This document shows, piece after piece, positions 49,848 through 59,164 of a stretch of DNA of 64,000 nucleotides. The stretch comes from an uncultured cyanobacterium (GTDB lineage Bacteria; Cyanobacteriota; Cyanobacteriia; Pseudanabaenales; Pseudanabaenaceae): assembly GCA_963703315.1 (NCBI GenBank), contig OY969811.1, forward strand, positions 972,728 through 1,036,727. Reading direction: 5' to 3'. Both the position numbers and the translations under genes were made by a program. Positions within the stretch are counted from its first letter, which is position 1, and the number at the start of each line of letters is the position of its first letter. The notes under the pieces were generated by a model. That model made no database searches. It was not told where the DNA came from and was given only the letters and a program-made list of their open reading frames with translations.

Positions 49848-50330
49848 TTACGGGAATGGAAAGCCTCCATGTTTGGTAATAATTTGATCGATGTCGCTCA
49901 TGATCTCGATGGTTTCTCCCAAGATGGAAATGATGTTTTGATAATGAAAGAGGTCGTCAAAGCTGAGTTCGCGTCCTCCCACATACCAGCGAAATTCTAA
50001 ATGATCCGTTAAAATCAAATTCCCTAAAGCATTAAAATAACGCTGCATTTGGTTCTTCTTTTCCAAACTTTTTAGCGAAATTCCAATATCCTTAGCCTCA
50101 AGATGTCCAACCTCTAACGCCCCCTGTCCAATCCAAAAATCTGGCGCACCGCAAGCAATCTGCTTCGGCTCATTCACCGCCAAAATATCATTACCAAAAG
50201 ACTCAAGCAATCTCTTCAACGCAGGACGATAGGTATGCTCCGTTGCATTCCCCTTTTGATAAATCTGCGTCACATCTTGCAAATAAGCTTGAATTTGATT
50301 AGTCATTATGTTAGTTGTAGAACCACTCAT
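49848..50330 (-). pseudogene. Internally deleted type ISP/IIG-like restriction-modification gene (N- and C-termini fused in frame)
   Basis: N-terminal ATEHTYRP..GAPDF..LEAK..TDHLEFRWY is joined to the C-terminal-type GRELSFDDLFHYQNII..LGETIEIM. No MTase motifs. Confidence 0.75.
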
Positions 50331-50474
50331 ATCAAAACCCTGCTTATCTTTAGCTCATATTCTAAAGCGGTGTCATTTATACTATGACCTAAACTCGAAA
50401 TATATCATTCAAATCTAGTTTAGCCTTTCTACCTGACTATTTGCTGAATATAGCGATCGCTAATCTATTCATCA

Positions 50475-50594
50475 TCAATACCAAGCGATCGCCTGATCCC
50501 AAGGCTTATGTACTGCGCCAAACTCGTTACCCAGATAACGGGCAGGTTTGAGGATTTCGGAGTTAAGTAACTGTTCTACGGGTACGGGCATAGA
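50475..50594 (-). pseudogene. Truncated duplicate 5' end of the radical SAM gene (35 identical codons, then AWY*); direct repeat copy 2
   Basis: ATG 50591; homology ends at GCGATCGC 50485-50492; all 7 differences are synonymous. Confidence 0.95.
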
Positions 50595-50654
50595 GTTTCA
50601 TCAATTTTTGAGCTATGTGTATTTTACATTTAGCGCGATCGCGATTAGTTATAA

Positions 50655-50799
50655 TCATCCCAATGCCAGATGTTTTTGCGTAAGTCCTGAATTTAATAAC
50701 GGTAGCGTAAACGAAAAAGTACTACCTTTCCCAAGAGTACTCTCGACCCAAATTTTACCTTCATGTTGTTCAACGATTTTACGACAGATGGTGAGCAAT
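50655..50799 (-). pseudogene. C-terminal HATPase_c fragment of a sensor histidine kinase
   Basis: [32 protein letters not shown], preceded by an in-frame TGA. Confidence 0.8.
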
Positions 50800-50966
50800 C
50801 AGAAATCCCCATAACTGGTTGGATGAACTGGCTTCATTTTGTTGATGGGAATTCAGATTTTGCAGAATTGGCACAATCATTTTGGGCTGATTTTTTTGCG
50901 CGATTTGGAACTCTTACGTTTAGACATGAATTGATTCTACGCTTACATCGCTTTGCGCTCAAATCC

Positions 50967-51003
50967 AAAACCGAAAGGGTTGCTTTGCAACCCTTTCGGT
51001 TTT
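50967..51003. terminator. Hairpin, 17-bp stem, GC-TTT-GC loop, after pcyA
   Basis: AAAACCGAAAGGGTTGC-TTT-GCAACCCTTTCGGTTTT. Confidence 0.8.
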
Positions 51004-51004
51004 C

Positions 51005-51733
51005 TTATGCTATTGAGTCAAATAACATTGAAGTCATATAACGATCAGCCCATTCTTCACCAAAGGACTTTTCGAGAACTCGCCGAGTTTTATCGTTTTG
51101 TTGTTGCTTAGCGCAATAATATTGCTGACCTGCGATCGCATTGGCAACATCCGTTTCAGAAGTTAATGGCTCGATGTTGTTAGCAATCTGACAATGAATA
51201 GTCAAAAAATCTTGAACTCTTTGCAAAAATGCTGCTTCTTCCTCGGCTCCTATAGGGCGAACAAATAAACAAAACTCAGAAAAAATATCTGCCCATTCAG
51301 GTAGAGCGCGAGGATTTGTAAATTCTATATTTTTTAAGTTGGCTAAGCTCTGTTGGTAATTAGGAGGTAAAGATTTTTCTCGATTACTAGGTGATAGATC
51401 GGCGATCGCAGCGCTAATTCCTCCACGTCCTCCTACAATATCTGCCCCAAAAATTGGTAAGGCATACTCAGGATTGGGGAACATGACACAATGCAAAATA
51501 TCTAAGCCATTACCCACCTGAGCTAGCTCTAGATGCAGCTTGCGAAATTGCTTGGTTTGATAACAACAATTTTCAATTACTAACTTCTCTCCCTCTAAAT
51601 GCCCTTCAATGTAGCCTAAGCCTTCTGGGATAATATATGGCTCAAGACTTAGATGATTTTTCCAAATTTCTTCAATGGAGTTAGCTAGTTTCTGAATTAA
51701 ATGATGTTGGCGAGTTCGCAATGATGATGACAT
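51005..51733 (-). CDS. pcyA: Phycocyanobilin:ferredoxin oxidoreductase
   Basis: [26 protein letters not shown] and [16 protein letters not shown] motifs. Confidence 0.97.
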   Translation of the reverse strand: MSSSLRTRQHHLIQKLANSIEEIWKNHLSLEPYIIPEGLGYIEGHLEGEKLVIENCCYQTKQFRKLHLELAQVGNGLDILHCVMFPNPEYALPIFGADIVGGRGGISAAIADLSPSNREKSLPPNYQQSLANLKNIEFTNPRALPEWADIFSEFCLFVRPIGAEEEAAFLQRVQDFLTIHCQIANNIEPLTSETDVANAIAGQQYYCAKQQQNDKTRRVLEKSFGEEWADRYMTSMLFDSIA

Positions 51734-52328
51734 AAAACTTTTTATCTAAAATCAACTAAATAAACTAATAAATTAAAGGGAGAAACAATATATTTGCTTT
51801 GTTAGTAAGTATTCCTAGTTTTGAATATCGTCTAAAAAAGCTTCAATGCTTCAATTAGACAATCAAAATAAGGTACTAATGCAGTTTGCTGCTCTAGCTG
51901 TAGTCGCTTGAGACTGTCGATTTTGATGCTTGTTAAACCAAGAATCATAGCATCAAGAGGTACTTGTAGCTCTTGGTAAAGTTGCTGCATCAGCGATTCT
52001 AATCATTGCATCTTTAGTTTTTCATGCCTAGACCCTTAGCTGAGATTCATGAAATGTAATGGTAAATGGCACTGGTCAGTTAATTATGGTTCTCGCCAAC
52101 GCGAGTATAGACTTCATCTCGATGGTCATATCTGAACCTGCGGGGGCAGTGAGATTCCATTGCTGAGTCTTTGCATAAATTGACCAATGCCCTATTTGAA
52201 AAAATTAGGCAAAAAACGGCTTGATATAGCACATCTCTATATTGTTAATCTGTCACTATTCTTTTGAGGTATGAAAAGCTGTATATTGGCTAAAGTGACA
52301 CATTTATAGATAAAAAACTTAAAAAGCC

Positions 52329-53396
52329 TTGATAGCAACTCCCGTTAAACCAACGACAAGACGACCTGTATTTCCTTTCACCGCCGTGATCGGACAGGAA
52401 GAGATGAAGCTCGCCCTGTTGCTCAACGTCATCGATCCGAAAATCGGTGGAGTAATGGTCATGGGCGATCGCGGTACAGGCAAATCCACCACTGTTCGCG
52501 CCCTAGCCGACCTCCTACCCGAAATTGAAGTTGTCGCTGATGATCCCTTTAGCAGCCATCCCACTGACGGAGACCTGCAAAGTGAAGAAGTTCGCCAACG
52601 CATTGCCAATGGCGAAAAGCTACCAGTTACCACCAAACAAGTAATCATGGTGGACTTGCCCCTCGGTGCAACCGAAGACCGTGTGTGCGGCACAATTGAC
52701 ATCGAAAAAGCACTATCCGAAGGGGTGAAAGCTTTTGAAGTCGGACTACTTGCCAAGGCAAATCGAGGCATTCTCTACATTGATGAAGTCAATCTCCTTG
52801 ACGACCATCTCGTCGATGTGTTGTTAGACTCCGCCGCATCTGGTTGGAATACCGTTGAACGTGAAGGGATTTCCATCCGTCACCCTGCTCGCTTCGTCCT
52901 AGTTGGTTCAGGCAACCCTGAAGAAGGCGAGTTACGTCCACAATTGCTCGATCGCTTCGGTATGTATGCCGAAATTAAGACTGCGCGAGATCCTGAATTG
53001 CGTTTACAAATAGTCGAAAATCGCACCACCTTTGATAACAATCCCCACGGGTTTCTATCTGAAAAGTCTGAGCAACAATCCGAAAAGCAAAATCAAATCG
53101 TGAGAGCGCAGACTATTCTCAATGATGTCAATATCGATCGCGATCTACGTCTCAAAATCTCCACAGTTTGCGCTGACTTGAATATTGATGGTTTGCGTGG
53201 TGATATTGTGACCACCCGTGCAGCTAAGGCTTATGCAGCTTCGGAAGGTCGGAAAGAAGTCGAAGTAGATGATATCAAAGCCGTAATTGGTCTCTGCCTA
53301 CGTCACCGTCTTCGCAAAGATCCTCTTGAATCCATTGATTCTGGCTACAAAGTTCTCAAAACCTTCAATCAAGTATTTGGTATTGAGGAAGAATAG
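52329..53396 (+). CDS. chlI: Magnesium chelatase ATPase subunit I
   Basis: GDRGTGKST, LPLGATEDRVCG, YIDEVNLL and DGLRGD motifs. Confidence 0.97.
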   Translation: MIATPVKPTTRRPVFPFTAVIGQEEMKLALLLNVIDPKIGGVMVMGDRGTGKSTTVRALADLLPEIEVVADDPFSSHPTDGDLQSEEVRQRIANGEKLPVTTKQVIMVDLPLGATEDRVCGTIDIEKALSEGVKAFEVGLLAKANRGILYIDEVNLLDDHLVDVLLDSAASGWNTVEREGISIRHPARFVLVGSGNPEEGELRPQLLDRFGMYAEIKTARDPELRLQIVENRTTFDNNPHGFLSEKSEQQSEKQNQIVRAQTILNDVNIDRDLRLKISTVCADLNIDGLRGDIVTTRAAKAYAASEGRKEVEVDDIKAVIGLCLRHRLRKDPLESIDSGYKVLKTFNQVFGIEEE

Positions 53397-53404
53397 AAGT
53401 TATT

Positions 53405-53430
53405 GGGGGGCAATTTATGAATTGTCCCTA
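53405..53430. repeat. Degenerate GGGGCAATT(C/T)ATGAATTGCCCCTAC REP-like palindrome; half copy near 63092
   Basis: Seen directly after chlI and after pnp. Confidence 0.6.
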
Positions 53431-53518
53431 CTTCTTAAAACGCCTGAAGCAAGTTGTGGCAAGAATCGCCATAACTTGCTTCTGTTTTTTGTCATCACAA
53501 GACTAGCGACAGCTATAT

Positions 53519-53803
53519 ATGGAAGAATATAGATGGAATGATGAGAAAAATAGGTATTTACGGCAAACAAGAAATATTTCTTTTGAGGATATAGTCGAAG
53601 CCATTGAAAATGGTCAGATACTTGGAATAGTTGGAACATCAAGTCTAGAAAAGTATCCAAATCAGTCTGTTATAATTGTTAGAATTAAAGACTACGTTTA
53701 TTGTGTTCCTTTTATCAAAGATGGCTCTGTAACTTTTTTAAAGACTATTTTTCCTAGTCGAAAAATGAAAAAAAGATTTCTAGGAGATCAAGAGGATGAA
53801 TAA
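53519..53803 (+). CDS. BrnT-like toxin
   Basis: YRWNDEKN...RNISFEDIV...YVYCVPF...FLKTIFPSRK. Confidence 0.85.
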   Translation: MEEYRWNDEKNRYLRQTRNISFEDIVEAIENGQILGIVGTSSLEKYPNQSVIIVRIKDYVYCVPFIKDGSVTFLKTIFPSRKMKKRFLGDQEDE

Positions 53804-54113
53804 CTTGAACTTTGACAATATGAATATTGATGAACTTACTATCTCTCTCCAGTTAGATCAAGAAGAACGGGATTTACTAGAAAGTATAGAAAATAATGAA
53901 TGGGTCAGTATTCTTGATGAAAAAGAAGAAATAAAACGTTTACAGGAAATGGCTATAAGTCAGATGGCTAGACAAAAGATCGAAGTTCAGATGTCAATAC
54001 AGGATACTGATAAGATCAATGGTTTGGCTAATCAACTTGGTAAATCTGTATCTAGTTTTGCTCAAGATATTCTTCATAAATATTTGAAAGGTGAACTAGT
54101 CGAGAAAACGTAG
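53796..54113 (+). CDS. Cognate antitoxin (C-terminal RHH/CopG-like)
   Basis: 8-nt overlap with the toxin; LDQEERDLLESIE...ILHKYLKGEL. Confidence 0.8.
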   Translation: MNNLNFDNMNIDELTISLQLDQEERDLLESIENNEWVSILDEKEEIKRLQEMAISQMARQKIEVQMSIQDTDKINGLANQLGKSVSSFAQDILHKYLKGELVEKT

Positions 54114-54115
54114 TT

Positions 54116-54230
54116 TATAGCAAAGCAAGAGTTGGTTAGTCCAAACTAAAACCCAAGAAGCGAGTTGCGGCGCGGAGCGCCGCAACTCGCCTTCTGGTTT
54201 TGTGTCCTAAGCAAAACTTTTTTTGCTATA
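54116..54230. mobile_element. MITE-like element (TATAGCAAA...TTTGCTATA) with an internal GC-GGA-GC hairpin
   Basis: 9-bp terminal IR; hairpin 54148-54201 is related to 56973-57023. Confidence 0.72.
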
Positions 54231-54253
54231 CAAAATACTTGTGTTTAGTCTTG

Positions 54254-55264
54254 TCAAGAAAAATGCTGAAAAGCCGATCGCATTTCTAATCCATCAATTT
54301 GATCGCCTTCGATAATTTCACCAATAATTGCGGCATTAGGCAATTGATGAACAAAGGCTTCTGCTAATTTCAAGGGCATACATAAAACCAATTCAAAGTC
54401 TTCACCACCATATAAGACCCAATCTAAGGCGCGATCGCCTGCTAAAGTTCTGACGGCTTGATGAATTGGTAGCGATCGCCAAAATATTTTGGCTCCAACT
54501 TTACTGGCTCGACAAATTTGGATGATCGCATCGGCGAGTCCATCACTACTATCCATTCCTGCGATGGGAAAAGCACCTAGGTGATTATGTTGTTTGAGAA
54601 GTTGATGCAAAAGGGCGATCGCATCAAAACGGGGAATTGGTCGCTGATGACAACGACAAATTGCTTTTACTAATTCTTCACCAGCGACAATACGGTTACC
54701 AATTCTTAATGGAGCTAATAGCTTCTCTTTTAAGTTTTGATTAAATAGAATTTCTAAACCTGCTCTGGAAAGTCCATGTTTTCCTGTTATCACAATCACA
54801 TCACCAACTCGCGCCGTATGTCTTTGCATGACTTGATTTTGATGAACTTGTCCAAATGCTGTCACCGAGAAAGTGCGAATTGGCGATCGCACCGTATCAC
54901 CACCAACTAATTCTGTACCGTAGGTTTGTAAACATTCACTAAAGCCCCGATATACACCTTCAATCCAGCTAATTTCTGTATCAGGTGGCAATCCTACCGA
55001 CATGACTAAACCCCAAGGCTTTGCCCCCATTGCTGCCAAATCTGATAAGTTTACAGCCGCTGCTCGCCAACCGACATCTTCAGGACTAGTAGTGCGATCG
55101 CTAAAATGCACACCATCGATCAACATATCGGTAGTCACGACTATCTGATGCTCGGACAAAGTTGCCCCCATCACCGCCGCATCATCACCGACCACCTCAC
55201 TACAATATTGCCGAAATATTTTCAGCAATCCTTGCTCACCTAAATTTTTGATCGTTTTTGTCAT
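54254..55264 (-). CDS. thiL: Thiamine-monophosphate kinase
   Basis: GDDAA, TTDMLIDGVHF, NLSDLAAMG, DSSDGL and GGEDFEL motifs. Confidence 0.96.
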   Translation of the reverse strand: MTKTIKNLGEQGLLKIFRQYCSEVVGDDAAVMGATLSEHQIVVTTDMLIDGVHFSDRTTSPEDVGWRAAAVNLSDLAAMGAKPWGLVMSVGLPPDTEISWIEGVYRGFSECLQTYGTELVGGDTVRSPIRTFSVTAFGQVHQNQVMQRHTARVGDVIVITGKHGLSRAGLEILFNQNLKEKLLAPLRIGNRIVAGEELVKAICRCHQRPIPRFDAIALLHQLLKQHNHLGAFPIAGMDSSDGLADAIIQICRASKVGAKIFWRSLPIHQAVRTLAGDRALDWVLYGGEDFELVLCMPLKLAEAFVHQLPNAAIIGEIIEGDQIDGLEMRSAFQHFS

Positions 55265-55303
55265 CTGTAGAGACTGATAGCACTGAGTATCCTCTTAAGA
55301 AAA

Positions 55304-55510
55304 TTAAGAAGACTGCTCCAGTTTTTGTTTAATTAAACTTTCAATTTCTGGAAGATCAGCTATTGACTGAGGCATAGCAAAGGTTGCTGGTGATGCACTC
55401 ACTGTAAAGCGATCAACAAATATCCGAAATGCGTCTTTGTCACTGGGATGAGCAATGACATAAGCGCGTAACTCTTTCTTAGTCATTGTGTTGAAATCGA
55501 GCTTAATCAC
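55304..55510 (-). CDS. DUF6887-like small protein (GTG start overlapping the upstream stop)
   Basis: FNTMTKKELRAYVIAHPSD.DAF. Confidence 0.7.
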   Translation of the reverse strand: MIKLDFNTMTKKELRAYVIAHPSDKDAFRIFVDRFTVSASPATFAMPQSIADLPEIESLIKQKLEQSS

Positions 55511-55680
55511 AAAAACCTCCAAAGACCATTCCGATAAATTTCTATTTCTATATTATCGCCAGCCAGTATGAATATATTGCCTGTCCGTTCATCTAGACGT
55601 AATAGGAAAATGGGAGTAAAAGTGTTTGTCAAAGATTGGCATAATATGACACATATAATGCTTTGTTCGGAAGTGGGCAA
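55507..55680 (-). CDS. DUF6888-like small protein, 57 aa, absent from the ORF track
   Basis: TTG start; MPTSEQ...LCQSLTNTFTPIFLLRLDERTGNIFILAGDNIEIEIYRNGLWRFL*; GTGA overlap with the next gene. Confidence 0.72.
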   Translation of the reverse strand: MPTSEQSIICVILCQSLTNTFTPIFLLRLDERTGNIFILAGDNIEIEIYRNGLWRFL

Positions 55681-55753
55681 AATTGATAAACCTCATGAGA
55701 TTTAAATGTAGAAAGTGACCTAAGCTCACTTTCTACATTTGGTAATTAATACT

Positions 55754-56812
55754 TTAAGGATAGAAAGTGAGCTTAGGTAAAGCTAATGACTCTTCCCAAC
55801 CCATCATGATGTTCATACATTGCACCGCTTGGGCGGCTTGACCTTTCATCAGGTTATCGATCGCTGAAACTACGATTACACGTCCTGTCCGCTCATCAAC
55901 CTCCACACCCAGATAACAGAGATTTGTGCCTAGCGCCCATTTCGTCTGCGGGAAGATATTTTTTGGTAAAACCTGCACCCATTCGGAATTGCGATAAAAA
56001 GATTTGTAAATAGTTAACACATCTTCCTTAACCAGTCCGGGGTCACGCAATTTGGCATATACCGTTGAAAGAATGCCACGAATCATCGGGATCAGATGTG
56101 GTGTGAATTGCACTAATACCTCTTGTCCAGCCAGATCACTGCAAATTTGTTCAATCTCAGGGGTATGTCGATGACTAGCAATACCATAAGCTGCGAGAGA
56201 GCCATCAGCTTCGGCGAGTAATAGGTTAGTTTTGGGTTGACGACCACCACCCGATGTACCTGATTTTGCATCAATGATAATCGTACTAGGCTCAACTAAG
56301 CCCTGTTTGAGCAATGGCTGTAACGCTAGCAAACTTGCCGTAGGATAGCAACCTGCACAACCTACAAGATCAGCAGTGGCAATGCGATCGCGATAAATTT
56401 CTGGTAAGCCATATACAGCTTTGGCATTAACCTCAGCATCAGTACGCGCCTCCTTATACCAAGATTCATAAACTTGCAGATCGGTGAATCGATAATCGGC
56501 GGAAAGATCAAGCACTTTACATCCCTTAGCGAGTAACCGTGGTGCAATTTTGCTAGCAAGACCATTAGGCAGGGATAAAAAGACGATTTTGGCGCGATCG
56601 GCGATCGCTTCAGGCTCCAGATTTTCGATTGGTAAATTCACTGCATGGGCGATATGCGGATAGAGATCAGCAAAATTTTGCCCGACAGAACCACTCCCAC
56701 CCATATAGGTAATATCCACCAATGGATGCTCTAGTAGCAATCGCACCAACTGGATACCACCATAACCCGATGCACCAATAATACCTACGGGGACGCGATT
56801 CTGTGCGCTCAT
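55754..56812 (-). CDS. argC: N-acetyl-gamma-glutamyl-phosphate reductase
   Basis: GASGYGG, DLSADYR, AGCYPT, SGTSGGG and DNLMKGQA motifs. Confidence 0.97.
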   Translation of the reverse strand: MSAQNRVPVGIIGASGYGGIQLVRLLLEHPLVDITYMGGSGSVGQNFADLYPHIAHAVNLPIENLEPEAIADRAKIVFLSLPNGLASKIAPRLLAKGCKVLDLSADYRFTDLQVYESWYKEARTDAEVNAKAVYGLPEIYRDRIATADLVGCAGCYPTASLLALQPLLKQGLVEPSTIIIDAKSGTSGGGRQPKTNLLLAEADGSLAAYGIASHRHTPEIEQICSDLAGQEVLVQFTPHLIPMIRGILSTVYAKLRDPGLVKEDVLTIYKSFYRNSEWVQVLPKNIFPQTKWALGTNLCYLGVEVDERTGRVIVVSAIDNLMKGQAAQAVQCMNIMMGWEESLALPKLTFYP

Positions 56813-56938
56813 AAACTTACTCCACCAAAATATTGAAAATACTCATGGAAAATGCTTTCCGAGTTTGCGAAAACAACTTAGCATAAGCTAGGTGTCTAAA
56901 CTCAATTCGTGCCTTAAAGCACTATGTTTTTATAGCAA

Positions 56939-57044
56939 TATAGCTGTCGCCATTTGTATTAAAACAAATCAAAACCCAAGAAGTGAGTTGCGCCGCGAAG
57001 CGGCGCAACTCACTTCTTGGGTTCTGACTGGTGACAGCGATCGC
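56939..57044. mobile_element. MITE-like element with a perfect 24-bp GC-GAA-GC hairpin; right end replaced at a HIP1 site
   Basis: Left end TATAGCTGTCGCCA; hairpin 56973-57023; right end TGGTGACAGC runs into GCGATCGC 57037-57044. Confidence 0.7.
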
Positions 57045-57681
57045 AAAAAATTTGTGGCAGAGAACTAGAATCAATTTTTGTGGCGCGACAAAGCTGCACC
57101 ACAAAAAATTAGTTTTTTCAAGATATTATTCTCAAACCAAAAAATAATGATGTAATAAGTCTCCCTATATCTATTTTGAGTTTAAGAAATCACCTATGTG
57201 GGTGAAGAAGTATATCTTTAATTAGTGTGACATTTAGATAAAATGAACATTCAAAAATAATGTCTTACCATGCATATCCTCACGATATACAGTATTTTTG
57301 TAATTAAAAAATTAGCCTGCCATCAATTTGCAGACTTCGTGGAATAACTAAATAACTTTGAGCGAAAGCCAACCTAAAACAACTGACTAACTTTAATTTC
57401 AGTAGAATCCTTATAGATAAGTCAGATATTAGAATCATTCCTTTCATATTTCCATGTATTTACTATATGACTATCAATCTATATCGATAGACTTTTGCAA
57501 ATTGCGATGAAGTTTTTAAAGATATTTTTTTAATTTTGTTGAATATTTTGTTCAATATGTTTAAAAATGTACGAGAATAAGAAAGTAATTCTATGCGAGT
57601 TAAAATCCATAGTTTTGCAGATCTTCTTCTGCTTTTGCAGAGAAGTCTTAGTTTTGAAATATTGAAATTCCTGATAATCCT

Positions 57682-58074
57682 ATGACAGACACTGTAACTT
57701 CTCCTTTAACAGGAAAGGCGCTTCTTCAAAAAGCGAAAGAGCTAAATAACTTGCCTAAGCGTGAGCAAGCTAAAAAATGTGGGTATTTCACTCGCGGTAA
57801 AGATGGGGTAGACCGCGTTAATTTGACTGAATTTTATGAAGCAGTACTTGCGGCTAGAGGATTTGCGATTAACCCTGAACAGAATAAAGATGGGCGCGGT
57901 CGTGAACCTACGTTTCGGGTTAGCGTTCATAAAAATGGACAAATTGTCATTGGTTCTACCTATACAAAATCAATGGGTTTAAATGAAGGTGATGAGTTTG
58001 AAATCAAGCTAGGATACAAGCATATTCACCTGATTCAGTTGAATAATGATCAGGCATCGGAAAGCGAAGAGTAA
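57682..58074 (+). CDS. Cyanobacterial AbrB-like regulator (cyAbrB, CalA-like)
   Basis: PLTGKALL..AKKCGY..NLTEFYEA..GRGREPTFRVSVHKNGQIVIG..GDEFEIKLG. Confidence 0.93.
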   Translation: MTDTVTSPLTGKALLQKAKELNNLPKREQAKKCGYFTRGKDGVDRVNLTEFYEAVLAARGFAINPEQNKDGRGREPTFRVSVHKNGQIVIGSTYTKSMGLNEGDEFEIKLGYKHIHLIQLNNDQASESEE

Positions 58075-58291
58075 GTAAATATCTAGATTAAATCTCTATT
58101 GGATAAGGTCGAAGGTAATATCCTATAGAGTAAAATTTTCGATCTTAAAATCTTAAATTTTCATTATTCAGAGATGATTTAATCAGAAATTTTTAGCGAG
58201 AAAACTTATACTGATCGTTGGGGGGATAGTTTAGTTTTCTCGCTGTTTTTATTTTGATGTTTTGATGTGTTTGGATTTCTAGGTTTTTTCT

Positions 58292-59086
58292 ATGCAACTA
58301 GTCGATACCCATGTGCATATTAATTTTAAGGACTTTCAGTCTGATCTTGAAGCAGTGCGCGATCGCTGGTTACATAATGGTGTGACTAGACTTGTCCATT
58401 CCTGTGTCAGTCCTGATGAGTTTGAGCAAATTCAGGCGATCGCTGATCGATTTCCTGAAGTAAGTTTTGCGGTTGGTTTGCATCCCTTAGATAAGAATTT
58501 GAATACGGCGGGTTGGCATCCTGAAATTGGCGATCGCATCAAGTCTTTGGCGATTAGTGATCAGAGGGTGGTAGCGATTGGGGAAACGGGTTTAGATTTT
58601 TTTAAATCAGATAGTAAAACCGCTCAAATCGAGGCTTTTAAGTCGCAATTAAGAACGGCGCGATCGCTAAACTTGCCCGTGATTATCCACTCCCGTGAAG
58701 CTGCTGTGGCAACTCGTGAAGTTTTGCAAGAAATTAATGCGGAATCACCTGAGCAGTCTATTCGGGGCGTGATGCATTGTTGGGCGGGAAATCCTGAAGA
58801 AACACAATGGTTTGTGGATTTAGGAATGTATATCAGTTTTAGTGGCGTGGTCACTTTTAAGAATGCCCATGATTTGCATGAATCAGCAAAAATTGTACCA
58901 AGCGATCGCCTTTTAGTCGAAACAGATTGTCCATTTCTCGCGCCTATCCCCAAGCGCGGCAAGCGTAACGAGCCAGCTTATGTGCTGCACGTAGCCGAGA
59001 GCGTGGCAAAGTTGCGGAATGTGGAGCTAGAAACTTTGGCAACCCAAACAACTAATAATGCTTTTACGTTGTTTGCGCTTTCTTAA
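58292..59086 (+). CDS. tatD: TatD family hydrolase
   Basis: DTHVH, GLHP, IGETGLD, IHSRE, HCW and ETDCP motifs. Confidence 0.94.
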   Translation: MQLVDTHVHINFKDFQSDLEAVRDRWLHNGVTRLVHSCVSPDEFEQIQAIADRFPEVSFAVGLHPLDKNLNTAGWHPEIGDRIKSLAISDQRVVAIGETGLDFFKSDSKTAQIEAFKSQLRTARSLNLPVIIHSREAAVATREVLQEINAESPEQSIRGVMHCWAGNPEETQWFVDLGMYISFSGVVTFKNAHDLHESAKIVPSDRLLVETDCPFLAPIPKRGKRNEPAYVLHVAESVAKLRNVELETLATQTTNNAFTLFALS

Positions 59087-59098
59087 TTTTTGTTCACC

Positions 59099-59149
59099 CA
59101 AACCTAAAGAAGAAAGGAGCGCAAAGCGCTCCTTTCTTCTTTAGGTTTG
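59099..59149. terminator. Hairpin, perfect 24-bp stem, GC-AAA-GC loop
   Basis: CAAACCTAAAGAAGAAAGGAGCGC-AAA-GCGCTCCTTTCTTCTTTAGGTTTG. Confidence 0.8.
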
Positions 59150-59164
59150 TTATAAAATTAGCTT

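Noticed and set aside
46414-50485. Prophage or ICE interpretation of the island
   Set aside because: No integrase, relaxase or phage genes, and the flanking repeats are diverged alleles rather than identical att cores.
50548-51041. Plus-strand ORFs of 88 and 92 aa
   Set aside because: They are antisense to the radical SAM duplicate, the histidine kinase fragment and the pcyA terminator.
51830-52200. Possible structured ncRNA (GGTCAGTTAATTATG ... CATAAATTGACC end pairing) or a 52-aa HisKA-like ORF (MQQLYQELQVPLDAMILGL...) between pcyA and chlI
   Set aside because: Pairing is short and imperfect, I recognise no 6S, RNase P or riboswitch motif, and the ORF lacks the conserved His. An Rfam/cmsearch plus RNA-seq check would be needed.
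58195-58244. 12-bp inverted repeat with a 26-nt loop between cyAbrB and tatD
   Set aside because: The loop is too long for a typical terminator, and there is no other evidence for an RNA.
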